Shown here in pieces: positions 41,183 to 51,763 of a stretch of 64,000 bases of DNA (position 1 is its first letter; each line of letters begins with the position of its first letter). The notes below the pieces were generated by a model. It did not search any database, was not told the DNA's origin, and worked only from the letters and a program-made list of their open reading frames with translations. The stretch covers positions 3,296,001-3,360,000 of the forward strand of contig OZ242214.1 of NCBI GenBank assembly GCA_965206595.1. Direction: 5' to 3'. The DNA is from Candidatus Latescibacterota bacterium (GTDB lineage: Bacteria; Latescibacterota; UBA2968; UBA8231). The position numbers and the translations under genes were made by a program.

Positions 41183-41600
41183 TTGAAGGGGACCAGACCG
41201 GGAGCTGATTTACTACAGTGGCTACGGGCGCGGCCACAAGATGGGCGTCTGGGACGGCGTTTGGAAGCTCGGCGTGGCGACCCTCGGATGCGAGGGGTTT
41301 TCTCCTACGACGCCGGAGCCGGCAAGCCCGGCACGCTGGACAGGCAGCCGTTCGTCTGGAACGCTTCCCGGCTGACGGTCATCGCGAAGATCGGCGGCGA
41401 GCTGCCGGCCGCCTGCTGGACGAGGTCGGCCCTGCCGGTGCCCGGCTTCTTCTCTCGGGACTGCCGGCCGCTGACCGGTGCCGCCTTGACCCAGGAGGTG
41501 CGCTGGACCGGGAACCGGTCGTCGCCGCGCGGCCGGTTTCGCCTCCGCAACGCAGAGCTGTACGCCTTTACACTGATCGAGCAGGCCGGAGGGACCAGGA
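41183..41600 (+). pseudogene. C-terminal remnant of a hypothetical (possible beta-propeller hydrolase) protein
   Basis: GVFSYDAGAGKPGTLDRQPF..PVPGFFSRDCRPLTG..FRLRNAELYAF, with no credible N-terminus; boundaries approximate. Confidence 0.35.
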
Positions 41601-41825
41601 GGGTGGGGGACATTGGCCGGCAGCGGTTACCACGATGTTGAAGCCGGCCGGTTTCGATGTACATGACAGGCTCGGATCAGGGCCAGTGTGCAGCGATTTC
41701 GGGAACCTGTTAAATGCAGAAACTTAGAAGGCCGAAGACAAAGCCTAAGCCTTTGGCCACACATAGATCTGGGACAAAGCATCGAAGGAATTCAGGCTTT
41801 GGTGACGGAACCTGAGGGATTACCC

Positions 41826-43206
41826 CTGGACTTTTGCAAAAGGCAGAATTCCTGGATAATCGGTCAAGGATTAGAGGGTAGCACGAATTCGATGGAACTT
41901 GGTATGTTTGGTAGGACGAAGGCATCCCCGGCCTCGGTTTCCCCTGGCCATGAGAGAGGTTGTTCATGCCAGGTATTGTTGATTTTCCCACGGTGGTTGA
42001 AGAAGCGGTGGCCGAGTTCGGCGGCCTCTTCGCCAACGCCCCGGAGCGCCGTCACTTTGGCGAGTATCTAACCGGGTTGATGGTGGCCGAACGCAAAAAT
42101 GTATCGGCGATCAACGCCGAGTTCGTCGAGACCACCGATCAGTCCTGCCTGAACCGCTGGATTACGCAGGTGCGGTGGGACGGAAAATGGCTCAACGAAC
42201 ATCGCCTGGAATGGTTGCAGGAGCACCCTTCGACGCGCTATTCAGGGCGCGGGGTGATCGCCATCGACAACACCTTGGTCGGCCACAGCGGAGAAAAGAT
42301 CGAGGATGTGGGGTGGTTTTGGGATCACTCGGACAAGCGCCATATGATTGCGCACGACTACGTCATCGCCAACTACGTGTGCACCTCGGGGAAATACTAT
42401 CCGTTGGAATTCCGTCGCTTTCGCAAGGGCCGGGAAGGGGAGACGGACCCCTCCTTCAAGAGCCATACCGAGCTGTTCAAAGAGCTGGTGGACTGGGTCG
42501 TGTTCCGACAGATCCCGGGCGATTTCGCCTTCGACTGCTACTTCAGCAGTGTCGAGTGTCTCGATCACATCCATAGTCATGAGCGCGGCTACGTAGGAGC
42601 CCTGAAGAGCAACCGCAAGGTCGAGTTCAAGGGCGGCCTGATGAAGGCCGCCGAAGTGGCTGCGAATATCCCGCCCGAGGATCGCAAACAGGTCAGCATC
42701 GGCAAGCGCAAACAATGGTATTTCACCAAAACCCTGAGTCTGCCCAAGCTCGAGCACCGGGTTCGCCTGGTGATCCTGTGGGATCGCAAGAACGGCAGGG
42801 AAGCGGTCAAGTTTCTACTGACCAATCGCGTGCACTGGGAGATCAGTCGTATTCTGAATGTTTATCGCAAACGCTGGACGGGCACCGAGACTTTTCATCG
42901 GGACGGCAAGCACCATCTGGGCATGGGAGACGGTCAGTTACAAAAGCGGCGAGGGCCAGACCCGGCATAGGTACCTCGTGATGCTGACGCACAGTCTGCT
43001 CAGGGCACGGATGCGGCAGGGCCGTGCGCGTGACTGGGCTCATACCGTGCTGACGACCATTGGCGAAGCCTGTCGAGCCGTGTCGCGAGAGACGCTCAGC
43101 AAAACCATCTCCTGGGTAGTGGACCAAGCCTCAATAGGGTGGACAGAGCAGCGAATTGTCGCACATCTCAAACTTTAGTAAAAAAGCGGAGTTTGCAAAA
43201 GTCCAG
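41826..43206 (+). mobile_element. IS701-family insertion sequence with a frameshifted transposase
   Basis: Perfect 15-bp inverted repeats CTGGACTTTTGCAAA (41826-41840) and TTTGCAAAAGTCCAG (43192-43206); transposase 41966-43178 (YLTGL..RKN, IDNT, FDCYF, RW..E.FHRDGK..LG) shifts frame near 42940. Confidence 0.88.
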
Positions 43207-44224
43207 TTACAATTGCAGGTTCGAGTGGGACACCATATTGGTCGCAAATTGCCAAGAGGAGTCTCTGCGTCCAATCCTGGTTGAGTTCCCGGACCTGTAG
43301 AACAGGCATCTCTGCAACCTCAGGTAGACGCGGCCGTCTATTCGAAATGAAACCCAGATATATCCTTTCGTCCTTTTTGATCGCTGATACAATGTTAGTG
43401 ATCTCCTCTCGCAGTCCCCCTTCTGGAGTCATTAGCCCATCGTCATCAAAAAACACCGGGAGTTCGCGATTTTTCGTGATTGAAGAAAGGTTGGCTACCG
43501 TCCGTGCTAAGGCCGAAGATTCATCCAGATTCTCGATGGAATCCATGATTCTTTTGAGACCGGCCTCAGTATTATATGGTTCAATCTTTGATGCGACTTG
43601 GATGGCAATATCTTTCATGTTGTCTTCCTCTGCAATTCGAAAGACAATTATGGACGACATTCCCAGAACCGACTTTGCTCCTTGGCGGACGATGCTACGG
43701 CGGCCAATACTCGGCAATCCAGATATCCAAAAGCTTCTCGGTGGTCTATCGCCACCCAACGGAGTAAGTGCCTTCTCCAATTCATTTAATTCAACATTTC
43801 GTCCAATGAATAGTTCAGAACGCTGTTCTTCCAATAGTGAATTGAGGCGCTCTCGTATTGTACGTGATATTGCTTGTGCACTATTTTGGTGTACAACATT
43901 TCCGCGTTGCAACCACGCCGGTACGTGGGCGGGTGTTAGAGAACTATCGATCAAAAACACCACAGCATGACGCAGGGAACCCTGGAGGTTTCCGTACCAT
44001 GCTTCCTCGATTTCAAACTCCACCCAGGCTGACTTGAGTGCTTCCTGGCTTGCGAAGAATACGAAAAGTGAAGTTTTTTCGAATGAATTTTCTATCGAAC
44101 CTCTGAACTCGACTCCAGTTTCGAATGCTTGTTCGTCGAAAAGACAGAACTGGCGTCCCAGCTCATATGCAACAGACCTGACGAGCTCTTTATCCTTACT
44201 TGAGTGCGAGAGAAACGCTTTCAT
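43207..44224 (-). pseudogene. TIR domain plus STAND/NB-ARC-like NTPase, truncated by IS701
   Basis: AFLSHSSKDK and SAWVEFE (TIR); FIGRNVEL, ISGLPSIGRRS, FFDDDG (NTPase); the frame runs into the IS end. Confidence 0.78.
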
Positions 44225-44769
44225 ATGTTAGTCCTCATAGGTGAGATACCCACTTTTTCGGATCCCTCTCAAGATGGCCGCACCTTATTTAAACCTAATT
44301 GAACCCATTTCGAAATATAACGCATAGGTTCTGTTTTCCTTTTTCAAATGATAGCCCTCCTTGATTGCTGCCCGAATGACGACTGGAAACCACAGCCCTT
44401 TAGCGTGCCTCTTGGAATATACTCCTCTTTCCTCATCCCGGCCGACCTGGAACGAAAATGCATCTGGGTTTACTGCTCATGTTCCTGAACCCACATAGGT
44501 TCGGACGGAGATGGGTCCCATTCTGCCATTTTCCATTTCATAGTTCTAATTATTTCTGGCCATTTCCCGTTGACCAATGTAAGGACGGGGTCCTCCCGGC
44601 ACCAAGGCCGGGTGCGTGGCCATGATTCACGCCCCGGGCTTTGTCCGCAATGAAGTGACGATGCACAAATATCCAGCTCCCTCGAATCCTCATTTATCAA
44701 GATGCCGCTGCCCAGTTCGGGCGGAAAACCAGTGGACTTGAAAGACTGCGGGGACTGCCGGGATCGCCC

Positions 44770-44915
44770 GGTGGACCTTGCCTAACGCCGGTGTGGATAT
44801 AGATGGCCTGAGCGCCGACGAGCACGACCGCGTCGAGCTGTTCGGCCAGCGCCTCGGCGGCGTCGAGCAGCGCAGCGCGGGCGCGCATGTACAGAAGGTC
44901 AGGAGCGCCAGACAT
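44770..44915 (-). pseudogene. 5' fragment of an AbiEii-like nucleotidyltransferase
   Basis: ARAALLDAAEAL..VVLVGAQAIYIHTG, then similarity is lost; overlaps the upstream regulator's stop. 3' boundary approximate. Confidence 0.55.
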
Positions 44916-45978
44916 GCCCGTTCTTCTCCATCCACTTCAGTAAGTGCTCACCCTGCGACGGTTCCCCGCCCGGCCCGGTCAGAAGGTCTGCGGCGAGCTG
45001 GCTGGGAGCGACGCAACGAAGGCCGTCTCGGTCGACCGCCCGATCGAAGACGACGGGGTCGAAGGGCTCCAAAAGCACCACGTTGGCGCCGGCTTCGGTC
45101 TCGCGGAGATCCATATGGTCGATGAACTCGATCGCGTCGGTAACGTAGATGGCCGCCTGTCTTGCGGGCGCGATGGGATCGAATCGCTGGGCGGCGAACG
45201 CGCCGGTGGCGACGTACTCGAGCTTCGTCGCGCGGAGCTTTTTCTCGAAAGCCGGCAGCCCCCGTGGCTCGAGTGTCATCGTGGGCGTGTTCGAGTTCGT
45301 TTGGTCGTAATCTTCAATCCACCGCCTTATCGCGCCCTGCCAATCGACCGCCGAAACGGCTCCGCGCATACGGGTCACGATGGCTTCCCGTTCGAGCAAG
45401 TCCAACACGCGCGACAAGGTCGGAGCCGACACGCTGGTCGACTGGGCCAGCTTTCGGACACCGTACGGGGGGAATGTGTCGATGATGGCCCTCACGGCGC
45501 GTGCAGCACCGCGGCCCCGCAGCGACTGGAGCTTGTGATCTCTTGGCCAGGGATCGCGATCGACCCCGTCTGCTGAAATGAACAGTCCCGGCGTGGAAGC
45601 TTCTATACGAACGTTGCCCGTGGTGTCGACATAGCCGACGCCGCGGGCACGAAGGAGGGAACGGGCGCGGGGGGAGAGGTAGGGGGCCGCTACTACAGGT
45701 ACCGCTCGTGGCAACGCCCCGGCCGTGATCGCGCAGATCTGCTCGACCGCCTGGAGGACGCCGCGTGGTTCCAGAGTTCGCTTGATCTCGAAGGCAAGGA
45801 CCACGGTCGCGCCAGCGGGGGACGCGATCTCCGCCAGCAGGTCCACGCGGTAGCGACCGGCCGGCGCTTCGGTCCGGGCGTGCAGTGACCAGCCGGACGG
45901 AATTCGTTCAGCCAGAGCGCGTTCGACGTGGCGCGCGACCTGCGTCCCGGAAGGTGGCTGTTTGTCTGGGACAGGCAT
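44899..45978 (-). CDS. AbiEi-like type IV TA antitoxin / transcriptional regulator
   Basis: APYLSPR..GYVDTTGN, wHTH GVRKLA..VSAPTLSRVL, GANVVLLEPFD, APSQLAADLL. Confidence 0.7.
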   Translation of the reverse strand: MPVPDKQPPSGTQVARHVERALAERIPSGWSLHARTEAPAGRYRVDLLAEIASPAGATVVLAFEIKRTLEPRGVLQAVEQICAITAGALPRAVPVVAAPYLSPRARSLLRARGVGYVDTTGNVRIEASTPGLFISADGVDRDPWPRDHKLQSLRGRGAARAVRAIIDTFPPYGVRKLAQSTSVSAPTLSRVLDLLEREAIVTRMRGAVSAVDWQGAIRRWIEDYDQTNSNTPTMTLEPRGLPAFEKKLRATKLEYVATGAFAAQRFDPIAPARQAAIYVTDAIEFIDHMDLRETEAGANVVLLEPFDPVVFDRAVDRDGLRCVAPSQLAADLLTGPGGEPSQGEHLLKWMEKNGHVWRS

Positions 45979-46002
45979 GGAGTCTCTTTTGCTGTCAAGC
46001 TC

Positions 46003-46055
46003 GTTTCACTTAACGTAGTGTTTCGCTTCATGGGAAACAAGATGTTTAGTGAAAC
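46003..46055. promoter_or_regulatory. Nested inverted repeat upstream of the AbiEi-like gene, probable autoregulatory operator
   Basis: GTTTCACTTAAC (46003-46014) and GTTTAGTGAAAC (46044-46055) match 11/12; inner TGTTTC/GAAACA pair. Confidence 0.55.
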
Positions 46056-46101
46056 AGACGCGTGGCCGCTGTAACTGCTTGGAACCTGAATCCCGGTTTG
46101 T

Positions 46102-46360
46102 TCAAGCAAGAGCGTCCACAACGAGCAAGGCGATGGCGTCGCAGGCATCCGGATGTGCAACGACGGCGTCGGCGGAACTGGGCTCGGGAATCTCCTCGCC
46201 CGAGCTGCGCAAACCTTCGAGATGAAGGGCAAGAGCCTCCGCAGCCAGTTCCTTGGCCTCCTCAAAGGTGTGGCCGGCGGTGACACAGCCGGGTAAATCG
46301 GGAAAGCTCACCCGTAGTCGCTTCCCGGCTCCTTGTGAACCAAGCCGATGTAGGTTCGCT
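46102..46360 (-). pseudogene. hicB: HicB-family antitoxin, frameshifted, no hicA partner
   Basis: TYIGLVHKEPGSDYG and VSFPDLPGCVTAGHTFEEA lie in different frames. Confidence 0.75.
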
Positions 46361-46397
46361 TCGCGGGAGGTTCCAATAGGGAAGTGCTCCAAAAAAC

Positions 46398-47396
46398 TCA
46401 CGAAGACAGGTCGAGCGATCGGTGAAGGGTCGCGGTCAATTCCTGACGGAATCCCTCGTCGTCATCCCTTGACCAGGGAACGGTCGTGCAGTGGTTCGTA
46501 TCGAAGTGGGTCTTTTGCTCCTCGAACTTTTCTTTTTCGCAGATGTAGATCACAGGCTTGCCCAGACCCTCCGCGAAACCGGCCTCCCAGTACGCGCCAT
46601 GGTTGTCATGGGTTAGATCGACAATGACGAACTTCGCGTCCCTGATCTGGACCCGCATGATATTATCGATGATTCCTGCCCTCCCAACATCGTTCATATC
46701 CACAAGATCGTAGCCGATCTCATCTTTCACAGCCGGTTTCAGAACTTCGTCGACAAAGGCTTTGAGATCAGGTTCATCAAACTGCATGGCGAGGAAACCG
46801 TAGTTTCCGGCGAACCCTCCGCGTTTTTCGGTTTGATACTGCTCCCATCCGTCCAGACTGAGATCGATGTTGGTAAACAAAGAGATAGGACGTCCTGTAG
46901 CCGGATCCATCCTGACGGCAGTACCAAGGGGGTCGGCAATAACTATTTTTCGCTCAACCAATTCCTTCGTTAGTCGAATGACCGCCTCAAAATTCGGCGC
47001 CCCAATAATCGCATGGAGATGATCTGGAGCAAGGGGCAAGCTTTCCCCAGTTTGGGAAACCTGATCGCCTATGTACCGGATCAAGTTTTCAGCCCGTTCA
47101 TGCGAAGTGGGAAGTCGACAATTCGATAGGAATTCTCTTAGACATTTTGAGTCTACCATAAAGGGTTGTTTGTTCTCATGTTTCGTGCGTAGTGCGTGAC
47201 TCAGGCATGCGCGTTGAGCTGCTGTTAGCGCATCAGCCTGTTGATCTAACTGGCCGCATAATGCCGTCCTGCTTATTGCGTACTGCCCACAGGTCGTGCA
47301 TTTGAACTTGGAGCCATCGAGGCCATCCGCCGGGTAACGCCAGCACCGGCCACCATCTTTATTCTGACAGACAGGACAATTCGCCGGTTCCATCAT
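46398..47396 (-). CDS. Zn-ribbon protein with a C-terminal nucleoside 2-deoxyribosyltransferase/TIR-like domain
   Basis: CPVC..CTTC; FLAMQF..VIVDLTHDNHGAYWEAGFAEGLGKPVIY..HFDTNH. Confidence 0.65.
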   Translation of the reverse strand: MMEPANCPVCQNKDGGRCWRYPADGLDGSKFKCTTCGQYAISRTALCGQLDQQADALTAAQRACLSHALRTKHENKQPFMVDSKCLREFLSNCRLPTSHERAENLIRYIGDQVSQTGESLPLAPDHLHAIIGAPNFEAVIRLTKELVERKIVIADPLGTAVRMDPATGRPISLFTNIDLSLDGWEQYQTEKRGGFAGNYGFLAMQFDEPDLKAFVDEVLKPAVKDEIGYDLVDMNDVGRAGIIDNIMRVQIRDAKFVIVDLTHDNHGAYWEAGFAEGLGKPVIYICEKEKFEEQKTHFDTNHCTTVPWSRDDDEGFRQELTATLHRSLDLSS

Positions 47397-47421
47397 TTTA
47401 TCATGTAATTCCTGTGCAGCG

Positions 47422-50296
47422 TCACGCCGAGGTGGGCGGTTCCCCGCTGGCAATGTTCATGGACAACAGTTCCCGCAGCGCCTCGTCCTCCGAAACATCT
47501 ACATCCCAGCCATACGCCGCTGCAACAGCTGCATCGAGAGCCGCGTGCGCGTCCGCGAGCCACTGCGGGCGGGCGTTGTAGAGGTTGGTCAGCGTGCGCT
47601 TCTTGAGCTCCTTCTCCGCTTCCTCGTCGCGGGGCACGGGGCGCCTGGGATACCCAGCAACCGGCTCCTCCACCCAATCCACCCATTCGGGCGGATTGAG
47701 CCACCGGTCTCTCAGCTCGACCAAACGCCGCGCTGCCTCGGCGATGGCAATGGCGCGAGGGTCGTCCGCATAGTCCGTCGCGGGAACGTCGGGCGACAGC
47801 CCCTCCGGGAACGGGTAAGTCTCGAAGGTTGTGGTCGGGGTGTAGCGCGGGTCGTTCCCCTTGCCGAGCCAAGTGCAAAGCCGCAGCGACCACGCCTCGT
47901 GAAAGCGGCTGTGCAGAATGCCCAAGGTGGTGTTGTCGTCCCGCGAAATGGCGATCAGAGCGCTGTCAGGGCAAACGCGGGAGTCGAGCCAAGCGAACAG
48001 GCGGTGCTTGGCAACGCGCGGAGTTACGATGTACCGGGACAGACCTTCCAGCGCATCCCACATACCCGGCCTCGGCTCGACGTGCCTCCACCAATTGGTG
48101 CGGTAGGCTTCTCGCCGGTTCCCTTGCCGCTTCGGATAGACGTGCTCCATTGCGTGTCGAAACGGGGCCTCGTAGAGCGCCGCCTCCTCCCGCACCATGC
48201 TCGATCCGAAATCGACGATCCATTTGTCCGCCGGGCGCCGCGTGACGTCCATGCCGTTCATCCATGGTCCCAGGACATCGGAGTTGGGTCTCCCGTTCGG
48301 GTTGGCCGGCTCCCGCAGCCATTCCCGGGCCTGCTCTCCAGGGACGTCGAAGGAGCCGCCCTTCGTGTCCCCCATGAAGGCGACGCCCATGTTCCGGTGA
48401 AGACGCCGAGCCTCCGTCAGATCGATGCCGGCGCCTTCTCGCTTCGCGGTCAGGTCCGCGTGGACCTCATCGACAAGCTGGCCGTCGAGTCTCCGTTCCG
48501 GCACCGATCCACCATCCGGCCCCGAGAAGCAGACCATGGAAACGCGTACCGCGGCGCCGTCGATCACCCACGGCTCGTCGCTCCAGGCCTCGAAGATCGG
48601 ACGGCCGTCGATCGCCGCCTGCAAGGCCCTCCGGTTGGCACCGCCTCTAATTGAATTGGTCGAGACGAGGCCAGCTCGTTTCGCCCTGCCCGTTGCGAGG
48701 TGATCGCCGGCCTTCACGAACCAGTAGCAGACGAGATCGGCCTCGGCCGGCACGCGGCCTTCATACAAACGGAAAATGCTCCCAACGTACTCCTCCCCGA
48801 GGTGGGCGTTGAGGAGCTTGCCGCCCAGAAACGGCGGGTTGCCGATCACCACGTCGGCCTGCGGCCACTCCGGCTCGCTTCCCTCCGGCGACAGGATCGC
48901 GTCGCGGCACTCGATGGTTTCGAGCGGCTTGAGGATAGGATCGCGCATCTCGCCGAATCCGTTGCGCCGCATCCACTGGATCTCGCCGATCCAGACCGAC
49001 ACACGGGCAAGTTCCGCGGCGTAGGGGTTGATCTCGATTCCCCTGACGTTGGCCGGGCCGACCCGGGGGAATTCGCGCTGGAGGCCCATGGCGTCGGCCT
49101 CCAGCTGCACCCGGTGCTCCAGGTCCTTGAGCGCGTGCAGCGCCAGGTAGAGGAAGTTTCCGGAACCGCAGGCGGGATCGAGCACCGTGAAGCCGCGCAG
49201 GCGTTCGAGATAGCCGCGCAGCAGCCGTTCAGCCTGTCCCCGCTGCCGTGTCCCTGCGGCCCTCGACCTGGTTACGCCGGCGCGATCGAGAGCGGCTGCG
49301 ATCTCCGCCTTCACGCTCTCCCATTCCGCCAGCAGGGGACGGACGACTGCGGGCTCGACGATGCGCATGATCTTGTCCCGGTCGGTGTAGTGCGCCCCGA
49401 GCTGCGAACGCTTGTCCGGGTCGAGACCGCGCTCGAACAGGGTGCCGAGGATGGACGGGTCGATCTCGGCCCAGTCGAGCGACGCGGCTTCGAGCGCCGT
49501 CTCGATCTCCGCCTTCTCGAGGGACAGGGCGGCATCGTCGTCGAACAGCCCGCCGTTGAACCACGCCACCGTCTCGAACCCGACGCGGCCCCCGTTGGAC
49601 ATCGCCGCGAACAGATCGCGGGCCATGCCGGCGAACTCCTCCGGTTGCATGCGCGCCTGTTGCAGCATGCGCGTGAAAATGTCGCCCGGCAGCAGGCCCA
49701 CGTCCTCGGCGAACATGCAGAAGACCAGGCGATTGATAAAATGCGCCACCGCCTGCGGGTCGTGGCCGCGCCCCCGGAGCGACTGCGCAAGCGAGGCGAA
49801 AGCGGTGGCCGCGCGCTCGGTGAGCGTCTGGCGGGTCTCCCCCGGACGCAGGCGCTCGGGATCGGAGAGCGCCCACTTGAGCTTGTCGCGGACCGCGGCG
49901 TCGGCGAGGTCGTCGATGGCGAACTCGAGGGTTTCGCTGACGCTGTTGGTCCAGTTGGTGCGGATGCGGAATCGCCGCATGTCGGAGACGATCAGAAGCG
50001 GCGGGTTCTCCAGTGCCAGGGCGTACTGCCTGAGCTGGTCGAAGGCGGCGTCGAGGTTGGCTTGCCCGCCCTTGTACTCCCAGGCGAAGCAGTGCCGCTT
50101 CCACACGTCGGCCCAACCGCCGACCCCGGTCTCCTTGCGCCCCCCCTTCTCGAAGCAGTAGGTCTCGCCGGTCGGGTCGGCCTCGGCCGGTGTCGGTTCG
50201 CCCAGGAGCCGGCACAAGTCGATGAAGTGCTCCTGCGATGCCGAGTTCCTTCAACTCCGACGCCCGCCACTTGGAGATGAATTCACCCGGTGTCAT
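47422..50296 (-). pseudogene. Type IIG (MmeI-like) restriction enzyme/methyltransferase with an N-terminal frameshift
   Basis: MTPGEFISKW..KE and SASQEHFIDLC are in different frames near 50245; ADVW..WEYK nuclease motif, LDPACGSGNFL, GNPPF. Confidence 0.82.
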
Positions 50297-50718
50297 CGCT
50301 TCACCTGCAACCCGGGCTTTGTCCACAACGAAGTCACGATGCGCAAATCTCCAGCTCTCTCGAATCCTTCATATCTCAAGATGCCGCTGCCCGGTTCGGG
50401 CGGCAAACCAGTAGACTGAAAGACGACGATGACAGCCGGGATCGCCGGTTTTCCTTGCCTGACCACCGGTTTCGTTTCGGACGGAAAGGACGCTGGGCAG
50501 CGAAAGGTTCGGGCGCCTTGCTTCACCGATTCCCGGTTCTTTGTGCCCTACTCCTCAATTTCTCCTCAGGCGGAACAACGCACACTTACGCGATCCCCTC
50601 GATCCTTTCCAAACCCACCCGTAATCCCGTTTATCCTGCCCATGGGCTTCCCCCACTTGGTGGACGCGCCCGTGACCCACCGCGACCCGCACGGGATTCC
50701 ATAGCTGCCCAAATTGCG

Positions 50719-50986
50719 ATGAAAACCCGTCACAGAGCTTACGCCTATATCACCAACGGGAGCCGCCTGCTTCTCTTTATTCAACCCGAGGCACCGGAAG
50801 CTGGCATTCAAGTTCCAGCTGGAACAATTGAACCAGGAGAGAATCTTCAGGATGCCGTGATACGAGAAGCAAAGGAGGAGATGGGTTTAACCGAGCTCAG
50901 ATGTGAACGGTTTCTGGCCCAGGATACCCGAGACATGCGGGATTGCGGGCGCGATGAACTACAGTATCGCTGGTTCTTTCATTTGG
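50719..50986 (+). pseudogene. NUDIX hydrolase, 3'-truncated
   Basis: Nudix box PAGTIEPGE..AVIREAKEEMGL; runs into an attC-like remnant. Confidence 0.7.
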
Positions 50987-51034
50987 GCCTACGGCAACCC
51001 GCTTCTCGGGTTCGCAAACCGGGGATCGTCAGGC
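50987..51034 (+). repeat. attC-like site remnant (3' half)
   Basis: GCCTACGGCAACCC..CTCGGGTTCGCAAACC..GTCAGGC shares its core with the 56440 and 60906 copies. Confidence 0.55.
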
Positions 51035-51083
51035 AAAACCGGGTTCATATTTTCGTATATTGTTGAAGCATGGAGGTCAAAGG

Positions 51084-51308
51084 ATGAATGAACGAATCAT
51101 AATCGATCCCTCGATCCGTCATGGCAAGCCGGTGGTGCGGGGGACCCGAGTGCCCGTGCACCGAATTATCGGGAACCTTGCAGGTGGGGCAACCCCGGAA
51201 GAAGTCTGTCAGGAATATGGCATTACCGACGCGGATGTACGGGCTGCTCTTGTGTACGCTGAGGAACTCGTAGAAGCAGAAGAAGCTCATCCACTACCTG
51301 CATCCTGA
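51084..51308 (+). CDS. DUF433 antitoxin
   Basis: RIIIDPSIRHGKPVVRGTRVPV..EEVCQEY.IT..DVRAAL.YA. Confidence 0.85.
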   Translation: MNERIIIDPSIRHGKPVVRGTRVPVHRIIGNLAGGATPEEVCQEYGITDADVRAALVYAEELVEAEEAHPLPAS

Positions 51309-51314
51309 ATCGGT

Positions 51315-51599
51315 TTGCGATTCATCATCGACGCTGATCTTCCACGCGCTGTAGCCGGTGTGATCGCCGATTTCGGTCGACGTTCGGGACATTGGCACCT
51401 GTTCTACCACCGCATGCTGCCCATGATCGCCTACTGCACCCCGGACCCCTACGCCTTCTCCGTGTGCAAGCACATCCTGTACTGGAAGGGCCTGTTTGAT
51501 TCACCACTGGTCCGGCCGCCCTACGCAAACGCCCCGACCTGGCTGCAGCGGGAACTGCGCGAGCTGGCGCAGCAACTCGGGCTGCTTGACGGGGCCTGA
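51315..51599 (+). pseudogene. Chimera: DUF5615 PIN-toxin N-terminus joined to an unrelated C-terminus (possibly DapA-family)
   Basis: MRFIIDADLPRAVA..FG for about 20 aa, then ..KHILYWKGLF.SPLVRPPY. Confidence 0.55.
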
Positions 51600-51763
51600 A
51601 CCCGAGGCTGCCTTATGCCCCGACCGCTCCACCAGGTCCAGGAAGAGCTGTGTGTGCATCCAACCCAACCGTATGCCCCCCGCAGGAGGGAAAAGTGCAG
51701 ACCCTGATTTGTCGAAGGATCGCCGATAAGTACGCATCAACCTCAAGGGAGGGAACTGTGAGC

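Noticed and set aside
41690-41825. Continuation of the TIR-NTPase on the far side of IS701
   Set aside because: The minus-strand sequence there shows no NTPase or repeat-like continuation, and there is no target duplication.
42930-42970. Programmed frameshift in the IS701 transposase
   Set aside because: The shift is near the C-terminus at a short A run, and IS701 transposases are normally one ORF. A mutation or sequencing indel is more likely.
43183-43195. AAAGCGGAGTTTG shared between the IS701 right end and 33236-33248
   Set aside because: A single 13-bp match with no further similarity cannot be separated from chance.
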